From an uncultured Lentisphaeraceae bacterium (lineage in GTDB: Bacteria; Verrucomicrobiota; Kiritimatiellia; RFP12; UBA1067), in assembly GCA_964482645.1 (NCBI GenBank), contig CAYZYQ010000004.1:1-63775 (forward strand): a stretch of DNA of 63,775 nucleotides. Direction: 5' to 3'. Below the pieces are notes generated by a model, which was not told the origin of the DNA, searched no databases, and was given only the letters and a program-made list of their open reading frames with translations. The position numbers and the translations under genes are program-made. Below are positions 30,660 through 38,156 of this stretch, in pieces (positions within the stretch are counted from its first letter, which is position 1; each line of letters opens with the position of its first letter).

Positions 30660-31535
30660 ATGAAACTTCAAGGTACGATTACGGCCATGGCCACGCCGTT
30701 CAATGCGGACGGTTCGGTGGACTACGGCACGTTGCAGGCGTTTGTGGACTGGCAGTGTGTGAACGGCGTGGAGGGCATCTGCGCCGTCGGCACGAGTGGC
30801 GAATCGCCCACGCTGACGCACGAGGAGCACCACAAGGTCATCGAGAAGACGATCGAGTACGCGGCGGGCCGCGTGAAAATCGTCGCGGGCACGGGCGCGA
30901 ATTCGACGCAGGAGGCGGTGTCGTTGACGAAGGCGGCCATTGCGATGGGTGGTGCGGATGCCTGTTTGCAGGTCACGCCCTACTACAACAAGCCGAATGC
31001 CGAAGGGCTTTACCGCCATTTCGCGACGTTGGCCGATCTGGGTCTGCCCGTCATCCTCTACAACGTGCCGGGACGCGCCGGCAAGGAGATTCCGCTGGAT
31101 GTCGTGGTGCGGCTTGCAAAACACCCGAACGTGGTCGCAATCAAGGAGGCCGCCGGCAGCGTCGAGCGTGTGAGCGCGATTCTGAACCGCTGCCCCGATT
31201 TCACGGTACTGTCGGGCGACGATTCGCTGACGTTGCCGATGATCAGCGTCGGCGCGAAGGGCGTCATCTCCGTGGCCTCGAACGTGATTCCGAAGGAGAT
31301 GTCCGACTTCGTGCGTCAGGCGTTGGCGGGTGACATGGTCGGCGCCCGCGCGGCGCACGCGAAATACTATCCGCTCTTCCACGATCTCTTCATCGACACG
31401 AATCCCGTCATGGTCAAGGAAGCGCTCGTGATGATGGGGAAGTTTGGCCCCGGTTTCCGTCTGCCGCTCTGCGAGACGACGCCCGCGAACCGTGACCAGA
31501 TTCGCAAGACGCTGTCGGATTTGCGGATCATCTGA
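30660..31535 (+). CDS. dapA: 4-hydroxy-tetrahydrodipicolinate synthase
   Basis: GTSGESPTL, TPYYNKP, ILYNVPGR, AIKEA, SGDD. Confidence 0.95.
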   Translation: MKLQGTITAMATPFNADGSVDYGTLQAFVDWQCVNGVEGICAVGTSGESPTLTHEEHHKVIEKTIEYAAGRVKIVAGTGANSTQEAVSLTKAAIAMGGADACLQVTPYYNKPNAEGLYRHFATLADLGLPVILYNVPGRAGKEIPLDVVVRLAKHPNVVAIKEAAGSVERVSAILNRCPDFTVLSGDDSLTLPMISVGAKGVISVASNVIPKEMSDFVRQALAGDMVGARAAHAKYYPLFHDLFIDTNPVMVKEALVMMGKFGPGFRLPLCETTPANRDQIRKTLSDLRII

Positions 31536-31548
31536 AAGGAGCAGACGG

Positions 31549-32286
31549 ATGAAAGTTGCGATTCTTGGCGCGGCCGGCCGGATGGGCCGGATGCTCTGTG
31601 CGCTCGCGGAGGCGAACCCGGAACTTGAACTCGTCGCCCGCGTCGACGTGGCGGACGGTTTCGATACGACGTGGCCGGACGGTACCGAGGCCGTTGTCGA
31701 TTTCACGTTCCATACGGCCGTGCCGGCGAACGTGGAGAAAGCGGCCGCCGCCGGTGTGGCGTACGTGATCGGCACGACGGGGCTGTCCGCCGACGAACAG
31801 GCCCGCGTGGACGCCTGTGCGCAGAAGATTCCGATCGTTCAGGCGGCGAACTACTCGCTGGGCGTGAATCTGCTGCTTGATCTCGTTCGGAAAGCCGCCG
31901 CCGTGCTGGGGACGGACTACGACATCGAGGTCGTGGAAATGCACCACCGCCATAAGAAGGACGCGCCAAGCGGTACCGCGCTCATGCTTGCCCGTGCGGC
32001 GGCGGCCGGTCGGCAGGTTGAGTTGGACGATGTGGCCTGTTACGGCCGTCACGGCATCGTGGGCGAGCGTCCAGAAGGGCAGATCGCCCTCCACGCCCTG
32101 CGCGGCGGATCGGTCGTCGGCGACCATACGGTCATGTTCGCGGGTGACGTCGAGCGTGTGGAAATTACGCACAAGGCGCAGGGACGCGAAGCGTTTGCCG
32201 CCGGCGCCCTCCGCGCCGCGCAGTGGGCCGCCGGCCGTGCGCCAGGCCGCTACGATATGCGCGACGTGCTGGGCTTCACGGACTAA
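31549..32286 (+). CDS. dapB: 4-hydroxy-tetrahydrodipicolinate reductase
   Basis: GAAGRMG, IGTTG, EMHHRHKKDAPSGTA, RGGSVVGDHTV. Confidence 0.95.
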   Translation: MKVAILGAAGRMGRMLCALAEANPELELVARVDVADGFDTTWPDGTEAVVDFTFHTAVPANVEKAAAAGVAYVIGTTGLSADEQARVDACAQKIPIVQAANYSLGVNLLLDLVRKAAAVLGTDYDIEVVEMHHRHKKDAPSGTALMLARAAAAGRQVELDDVACYGRHGIVGERPEGQIALHALRGGSVVGDHTVMFAGDVERVEITHKAQGREAFAAGALRAAQWAAGRAPGRYDMRDVLGFTD

Positions 32287-32364
32287 CCGCGTCTCTCGGT
32301 CGTAAACATCCCCTCCGGCGGGTTCGTTTCTGCGCGTCTGCGCGGACGTCCCGCCGAGAAAACG

Positions 32365-32396
32365 AAAAACGCCGCGAATCGCGGCGTTTCTACTTT
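32365..32396. terminator. Probable bidirectional terminator between dapB and tRNA-Glu
   Basis: AAACGCCGCG-AAT-CGCGGCGTTT with A and T tracts on either side. Confidence 0.7.
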
Positions 32397-32407
32397 TACC
32401 ACCCTAA

Positions 32408-32482
32408 TGGCAGTCCCTAGGAGAGTCGAACTCCTCTTACAGGCATGAAAAGCCCGTGTCCTAACCGATAGACGAAGGGACC
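32408..32482 (-). tRNA. tRNA-Glu (UUC)
   Basis: Cloverleaf GGTCCCT...AGGGACT-G-CCA; anticodon loop TTTTCAT; T-loop TTCGACT. Confidence 0.95.
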
Positions 32483-32612
32483 ACTCGGTGGGAACGAGGA
32501 AAGAGTTTATCAAATGTTTCCGTGGTATGCAAGGGGCGAGACAAAAATACTACAAAAGAACGTTAGGGGGTTGTCCGTGTGCTGTGCTATGATGTATTCG
32601 TCTGGAGGCACA

Positions 32613-33770
32613 ATGACAATGACCGAACGTGAAGCGCGAATAGCATTTAACATGATTCCCACGGTGGGCGCGGTGACGCTGGATCGTCTGATGGCGGAAG
32701 TCGGCGGCCGAGCGGCGGACGCCTATGCGCTCTATCCCGAAAAGAAGGACTGGGAGGGGCGTCTTCCGGACTGGGAAGGCGAAATCGCGCGCGCGGAGAA
32801 GATGCACGTTCGGATCGTAACGGCCGTCGATCCGGACTATCCGCCGCAGTTGAAGGAAATCGCCTCGCCACCGCTGGCCCTCTACGTGGTGGGAGACGTG
32901 GCGGCCCTGTCCCAGGCGGGCGTGGCGATTGTCGGGACGCGGCGGGCGACGCCTTATGGGCGCGAGACGGCGGAACGGCTGGCGTCGAACCTGGTGGGAC
33001 GTGGCTGGGCGGTCTATTCGGGGCTTGCGCGTGGCATCGACGCGGCGGCTCATCGCGGGGCGTTGCTGGCGGGCGGCGTGACGGTCGGCGTTCTGGGCGG
33101 TGCGCTCGATCGGTTTTTCCCGGAGGAGAACCGCGATCTGGCGCGGCAGATGGTTGAGAAACACGGTGCGGTCGTGAGCGAGTTTCCGTTCGGGCGGCCG
33201 CCCGACGTGCAGACGTTTCCGCAGCGCAACCGAATCGTGTCGGGTCTTTCCCGCGGCGTCGTGGCAGTGGAGTGTCCCATCCACAGCGGCACGTTAATCA
33301 CGTGTTCGCGGGCCGTAGAACAGGGGCGCGCCGTGATGGCCGTACCGGGGCGGATCGATTCGGTGGCGTCGGCGGGTTGTCTGCACTTGATTCGCGAAGG
33401 TGCGCGGATGGTGACGTGCGTGGACGACATCGTGGAAGAGCTGTCGCCACTCGGCCGGGCGCCGTCCGCCCCGCCACCGGCGCGGGCAGCTCTGCCGTCG
33501 GGTGGAAAAACTGTACGGACGCCTCCGCCTCCTAAAAAGAGGAAGCCGCCCGTGCTACCGCTCGAGGCGAAGATCTCGTTGGAGGAATCGCTCGTCCTTC
33601 GCGCCGTGCCGGAATCGGGGACGACGGGCGACCACGTGGCGGCGGCGACGAACTTCCCGATGTCCAAGGTGAATGCGCTGCTCGTGGCTCTCCGCCTCAA
33701 GGGTCGGGTGCGTTTCTTGCCCGGAAACCGCGTGGCACCCGTTGACATGGAACCGCGTGGTACCCGTTGA
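32613..33770 (+). CDS. dprA: DNA-processing protein DprA/Smf; C-terminus altered by island insertion
   Basis: AIVGTRRATPYG, SGLARGIDAAAH, FPQRNRIVSGLS, SGTLIT, AVPG, C-terminal winged helix; GGAGG RBS before ATG 32613. Confidence 0.93.
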   Translation: MTMTEREARIAFNMIPTVGAVTLDRLMAEVGGRAADAYALYPEKKDWEGRLPDWEGEIARAEKMHVRIVTAVDPDYPPQLKEIASPPLALYVVGDVAALSQAGVAIVGTRRATPYGRETAERLASNLVGRGWAVYSGLARGIDAAAHRGALLAGGVTVGVLGGALDRFFPEENRDLARQMVEKHGAVVSEFPFGRPPDVQTFPQRNRIVSGLSRGVVAVECPIHSGTLITCSRAVEQGRAVMAVPGRIDSVASAGCLHLIREGARMVTCVDDIVEELSPLGRAPSAPPPARAALPSGGKTVRTPPPPKKRKPPVLPLEAKISLEESLVLRAVPESGTTGDHVAAATNFPMSKVNALLVALRLKGRVRFLPGNRVAPVDMEPRGTR

Positions 33771-33773
33771 CAT
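33723..33773 (+). repeat. Tandem pair of left junction repeats (attL-like)
   Basis: GGAAACCGCGTGGCACCCGTTGACAT (33723-33748) then GGAACCGCGTGGTACCCGTTGACAT (33749-33773); each differs by one base from 38031-38056. Confidence 0.85.
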
Positions 33774-34244
33774 GGTGAATTGCAACCTACGTGGCGCAGG
33801 ACGTCCCTAAACCGTCTTGGCAAGACGTGAATGGTAGCCATATGCGGACGCTCCTTTCAGCGGGCGTCTGTGTATTTTGGAGATTCCCCAATTTTTTCGG
33901 GTACGAAAATCGTCGACCCCTATAAATAAAGGGCGACGTCTCGGTTTTCACATTGCGCCAAGTGAAAATTCGGCTGTGGGAACGTGGCGCACGTTTCCGT
34001 CTTCCCGGCGTGGCTCAATCTCGTGCATATCGTCATCCACGCAAAGCTGCGCCTCGTCCGGCACGGGCGCCTCCCAGTTGACTTTTGATGCGATGGGTAT
34101 ATTGGTTTGATCCTTTGTTTCGGATTTTTCGGGGCAAGGGTGGCTTGCTTGTCGCGCACGGATGTCTCCTGAAAAGCGGAGTTGAAGTCAATGACGCATT
34201 TACCCGTCAATCCGTGCGGACGAGTTGAGCCGACCGTGAAGCTT

Positions 34245-34720
34245 AGATTACGTTGCGGACGAATCCATTTCAGAATCCCAAGCCTCCAGTTCATAGCCAG
34301 TTTCCGTAGTTTATCTCCATATTCATAGTCAATTCAAGTAGTTTCACGGTTGTTTTCACGTTTCACATAGAAACCCCATCCGTTCCATTTTTTCCGTTCC
34401 GTTTTGTAGGATTACGTTGCGGACGAAATTGTCGTGCGGCGGGATGGCGATGTGGAGGGAAAGCATTTCGGGGGTTTCAATTTTTGGGTGGAGGATCGGG
34501 CGTTTTTGTGTTTGGCGGTCGGGCTGGTTACGGTCGGATTGATTGGCGGTCAAATCTGTTGGTGATCGGGCCGTTTGGTGGTCAAACCGGTTAGTGGTTG
34601 GACAGTTTTCCATCTTACAGATGTCAATGACAGTTCGTCCGCAACATAATCTCACGAAACACAGGAGATTGATTTATCCACGATTCTGCAACTGAAAGGA
34701 ATTCGTCCGCAACGTAATCT
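34245..34720. repeat. Four copies of 18-bp GATTACGTTGCGGACGAA in nested inverted arrangement
   Basis: + copies 34246-34263 and 34410-34427; - copies 34634-34651 (one mismatch) and 34702-34719. Confidence 0.9.
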
Positions 34721-34766
34721 CACATTCCCGTTTCAGTCGAATGACTCGTTTGGTAGAATGGACGCC

Positions 34767-35191
34767 ATGGTGATTGAACGTACACTTCCATTGTCCAAGA
34801 AGCTCCTCCGCCATTCGAGAAGCTCCGGTCGGGAAGGGTTGGCTTCCGACATTCACGAAGCCCTGACTTCAAATGAAAAGAGGTTTCCGGTCAGAAGAAA
34901 CGGGAGATTCAGAAGACCGTGGCATGCGATTCCGGGAGAATCGGTAGCCTGGTCGCCGACCTCGAATGCTTCCTCGACAACAGCCTCATCTTCGACGACG
35001 GCGGCGCGATCGTCGGGCGGCGCGGCGGGGTGAAGCGCTGGCTGCAGGAGAACATTCCCGCGCTCTACCTGCGCTACACGACCGTCATGCCCTACAAGGC
35101 CGTCCGCGCAAAACCGTTCGGAGTGCCCTTATCCCAGATTTTCCGGGATAAGGGTGCGTTTCCGCTTGCCTTGACGCAGGTGAAGTGCTAG
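34767..35191 (+). pseudogene. Frame-broken gene remnant of unknown function
   Basis: TGG-TAGAAT-7 nt-ATG start at 34767. A protein-like high-GC3 stretch (RIGSLVADLECFLDNSLIFDDGGAIVGRRGGVKRWLQENIP) lies in a different frame at about 34940-35100 and ends at a palindrome. Confidence 0.45.
35126..35156. repeat. Palindromic element (copy 2 of 248-275)
   Basis: CCCTTATCCC-AGATTTTCC-GGGATAAGGG. Confidence 0.75.
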
Positions 35192-35616
35192 ACTGTGCCG
35201 CGTACATGGGCGAAGGAGTTTTTCGTTCTTTCACATAGGCGGACGGCCCATGGTCCGCCACCGCGCCGGAGGCGAAGCGATTCGCGTCCGGTAGAACCTC
35301 GGCAGAACGTGTCCTAGTGATTTTGGGCGCGAACCCCGAGGGGAGCCGCAGGGTTCCGAGAAGGACTGCGGCGGCGTACGCATACTTGCGTATTTGGCTT
35401 TGAGAGAAAACGACCAAATTTCATTCAAAGAAGTCGAATATGTGGGATGCGCTACGTGGAGTATTCCACGTGGCGTGTTTTCTATTCGTGTTTCTTTGTA
35501 GGCGCTTGGTCGTGCCTCTCTCAAGACAGGAATTTGAAGACACGCCACGTTCCTTTTTTCGCGTCGGATGTGGAGGGTGTCAAACGATTGACGCGAAGAG
35601 ATCGGAGTTCTAGTGT

Positions 35617-35769
35617 ATGTCAAGCGAAGGTAGTAGAATATTTGGGAAAGTCATCTTTTTTATAATTGCAGTGCCGATTGCCATTGTATTGGGAATGGTA
35701 TTTCCTGGTGTTGCACATGCCGTCCTAGCACATGGTGTTATGGTTCTTTATAGGGAGATCTTCCCATAA
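35617..35769 (+). CDS. 50-aa small membrane protein (below the ORF-track cut-off)
   Basis: MSSEGSRIFGKVIFFIIAVPIAIVLGMVFPGVAHAVLAHGVMVLYREIFP; GGAG upstream; first gene of a co-oriented cluster. Confidence 0.6.
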   Translation: MSSEGSRIFGKVIFFIIAVPIAIVLGMVFPGVAHAVLAHGVMVLYREIFP

Positions 35770-35875
35770 CAGAACAGCAAAAGCGGCTTCAATTTTTGGT
35801 CTTGTTTAATCATGTCAACGCGGATACTCCTATCCGAATGAACTCGAAGGAATGTCGTAAGTGAAAGGCGTAGGA

Positions 35876-36190
35876 ATGGCTGTGTTGCATGAAAACAAGA
35901 AGTTTCAATACCAACCTCAAAAAGGAGACCTCAAAATGGACGATTATGTACACGATACAGTTATGGGATATCCTGACACTCAGACAGGGTATTGGGAAGG
36001 TTGGCACTTTTCCGCCAATTGCGAGACAATTACAGAGGGTTGCATAATCAAACCATTTGACTATGATTGTTACCAAGACCAGTTTGTATGCCTGTCGGCG
36101 GTAAACGGCGGCTGTCACATGCCAAGAGGCAGGAGGAGGCCTGAAGCTTTCGGAAGGCTTTCCATGGAAATTTTCCTTGTAGCTCAATAA
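35876..36190 (+). CDS. Hypothetical protein (~104 aa; Cys/Asp/aromatic-rich)
   Basis: Open frame with AGGA before ATG 35876, 13 bp from the next gene; no recognised motif. Confidence 0.6.
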   Translation: MAVLHENKKFQYQPQKGDLKMDDYVHDTVMGYPDTQTGYWEGWHFSANCETITEGCIIKPFDYDCYQDQFVCLSAVNGGCHMPRGRRRPEAFGRLSMEIFLVAQ

Positions 36191-36203
36191 GGGGGAAGAA
36201 ATA

Positions 36204-36830
36204 ATGGAACATTTACTGATGAAGGCTGCGGTTGCGCTCTGCAAGGCATTACACAAAAAAGGACCGCGGGTTTTGGGGAAGGAACTCGCTGGAATCGTAG
36301 AGAAACACGCGATTGCAGTTGCAGTTGCTGGGCTAGGTACCGCATGGTTGCCTGGAGTTGGTGCTACTGCAGCTATGTTGACGAGCGTCGGATTTGTATG
36401 GTCGATGTACGTTCGGATCAGTTCAAGGATAGGCCTCCCGTTTAGTAAGCATATACTCAAATCAGTGGCGACGGCGATAGGTACAAACATCGTTTCATCT
36501 CTAGCCAGTTCTGTGATAATTGGATCTGCGCTTTCTTTTATTCCAGGTTTAGGCAGTATTGGCGCTTCCGCATTGATGGCCGGGGTGGCATTTTCGCTTA
36601 CATGGACAAGTGGGATTGTTTATTTCAAAGTGCTGACTCGTTTTTGCGAAGCGGGTGTCAATTTTGAAAAAGTCAGCGAAAAGGATTTAAAGGCAATGGC
36701 GAAGGAAGTAGTCGAGCAGGAAGATATTAAGGCGATGATGAAACAGGCCAAGCGCCAATTCAAAGAGGCTAAAGCTCGTGGAGATCTCAAGAAATCAGAC
36801 GACAATGTGAAACCCATGGAGGAAATGTAA
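36204..36830 (+). CDS. DUF697/YcjF-like membrane protein
   Basis: IVEKHAIAVAVAGLGTAWLPGVG, FVWSMYVRISSRIGLPFS, ALSFIPGLGSIGA; charged helical C-tail. Confidence 0.6.
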   Translation: MEHLLMKAAVALCKALHKKGPRVLGKELAGIVEKHAIAVAVAGLGTAWLPGVGATAAMLTSVGFVWSMYVRISSRIGLPFSKHILKSVATAIGTNIVSSLASSVIIGSALSFIPGLGSIGASALMAGVAFSLTWTSGIVYFKVLTRFCEAGVNFEKVSEKDLKAMAKEVVEQEDIKAMMKQAKRQFKEAKARGDLKKSDDNVKPMEEM

Positions 36831-36831
36831 T

Positions 36832-37038
36832 ATGTCCTCATCCTATTATGTTAATCGGAAATGTTGTGCCACATGCCGATTTTGGGACGGAGATAGGCGT
36901 CCAGAGTTTCGTGCCAACCGTCTGTATGCGGTGATTGTATCGGGGATGGCTGCGCCATGTATGGCCAAGCCTAATTCAGCCAAATCATCTCCGGTGAACT
37001 ATTGCCCATGCTGGTCGAAATCCCCACAATTGACATGA
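36832..37038 (+). CDS. 68-aa Cys-rich putative metal-binding protein
   Basis: CCATCRFWDG...C...YCPCW; tightly packed between its neighbours. Confidence 0.6.
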   Translation: MSSSYYVNRKCCATCRFWDGDRRPEFRANRLYAVIVSGMAAPCMAKPNSAKSSPVNYCPCWSKSPQLT

Positions 37039-37053
37039 CAGGGAGCAATACAC

Positions 37054-37866
37054 ATGGACTACCATCAATATGTGCATCCGAATGACGAGGCGGCCATATC
37101 TAAACTCAAGGCGATACCAGGGTTCAATATCGCAATGCGTATGTTCATGAAGTTTGGCGTAGAACAATATTGCCGCGCACTTTACATGGCCAATCACATT
37201 AGATTATCCCCCAGACAATTACCGAAGGTATACAACCTTCTACCTCCTATATGCGAAAAACTTGGAATAACTATCCCTGAACTCTATCTACAAATGTATC
37301 CTACGCCCAATGCTTATACGGTTGGTGACAAAAGGAATTGCATTGTCGTGACAAGCGGACTTCTTGATTGCCTTGAGGACGAAGGAGAATTGAGTGCCGC
37401 TCTTGCGCACGAGTGTGGACATATTGCCTGTAGGCATGTGTTTTATTCCACAATGGTACAAATGATGTTCAACTTCGGTGGTCAATACGAAATCGTGCAG
37501 AAAATTCAGGCGCCGTTGGCGCTTGCGTACAACTTTTGGGTACGACAAAGTGAACTTTCCGCCGATCGTGCCGCTGTCGTGTGTCTTGGTAACGTGGTAA
37601 CGCCAATCAACATGATTTTACGACTTGCCGGCGGACCATTTCGATATACCGGTGAGCTGGATCTTGAGGAATATGCCGAACAGATTATGGAAAGCGAGAG
37701 TTTGCAGAAAGATGGCGCATGGCAGAAATTTCTCAGTGATTGCGTGGAGATGGGTGAAGACCATCCGTTTACGTCGACACGGGTCAGGGAATTGTTGCAG
37801 TGGGGCGATGGGGTACGGTCATTTAAGTCAATCGAATGTTCGGATGATAAGAAAGCTTTACCTTGA
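37054..37866 (+). CDS. M48-family (HtpX/Ste24-like) zinc metallopeptidase
   Basis: PNAYTVG, IVVTSGLLD, ELSAALAHECGH (HExxH), ELSADRAA, HPFTSTRV. Confidence 0.9.
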   Translation: MDYHQYVHPNDEAAISKLKAIPGFNIAMRMFMKFGVEQYCRALYMANHIRLSPRQLPKVYNLLPPICEKLGITIPELYLQMYPTPNAYTVGDKRNCIVVTSGLLDCLEDEGELSAALAHECGHIACRHVFYSTMVQMMFNFGGQYEIVQKIQAPLALAYNFWVRQSELSADRAAVVCLGNVVTPINMILRLAGGPFRYTGELDLEEYAEQIMESESLQKDGAWQKFLSDCVEMGEDHPFTSTRVRELLQWGDGVRSFKSIECSDDKKALP

Positions 37867-37906
37867 ATTGACATCAATGATCCTCTCTTTCATACCGCAC
37901 GGCAAA

Positions 37907-38019
37907 GCGGAACTAAACGCAAGTCCCTCCCCGGGAGGGAAGGGGGAATTTCCTGTCACTCCTCGACTATGCCCCGTACCAAAGGAGTAAACGCAAGCCG
38001 TTCTTGCATTTAGTTCCGC
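37907..38019. other. 113-nt self-complementary element (structured RNA or MITE-like)
   Basis: Terminal IR GCGGAACTAAACGCAAG / CTTGCATTTAGTTCCGC (16/17), with internal hairpins. Confidence 0.55.
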
Positions 38020-38030
38020 AAATAACATCT

Positions 38031-38056
38031 GGAAACCGCGTGGTACCCGTTGACAT
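38031..38056 (+). repeat. Right junction repeat (attR-like) containing the nusA -35 box
   Basis: GGAAACCGCGTGGTACCCGTTGACAT. Confidence 0.85.
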
Positions 38057-38078
38057 TTCGCCGATAAAACGGTAATAT
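38050..38078 (+). promoter_or_regulatory. Promoter of the nusA-infB operon
   Basis: TTGACA-17 bp-TAATAT. Confidence 0.7.
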
Positions 38079-38156
38079 ACTCCCTCGTTTCACGGTGGTT
38101 CAGCGAATCACCGCAAGGTTTGTATTGCTTTTTGACATGAGAGGAGCGAGTTGAGA

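Larger units (their letters stand above)
33774..38030. mobile_element. ~4.3-kb low-GC genomic islet flanked by direct repeats; no integrase
   Basis: Clear drop in GC and change in codon usage; 26-bp direct repeats at both ends; cargo genes unrelated to the flanks. Confidence 0.8.

Noticed and set aside
34246-34719. 18-bp repeats as a CRISPR array
   Set aside because: Mixed orientations, irregular long spacers, only four copies and no cas genes.
33877-34856. Short ORFs in the left part of the islet
   Set aside because: No RBS or recognisable motifs; the shared peptide IRPQRNL simply reflects the DNA repeat.
38080-38156. Absence of rimP before nusA as islet damage
   Set aside because: The reconstructed empty site joins dprA directly to the nusA promoter, so rimP was already absent here.
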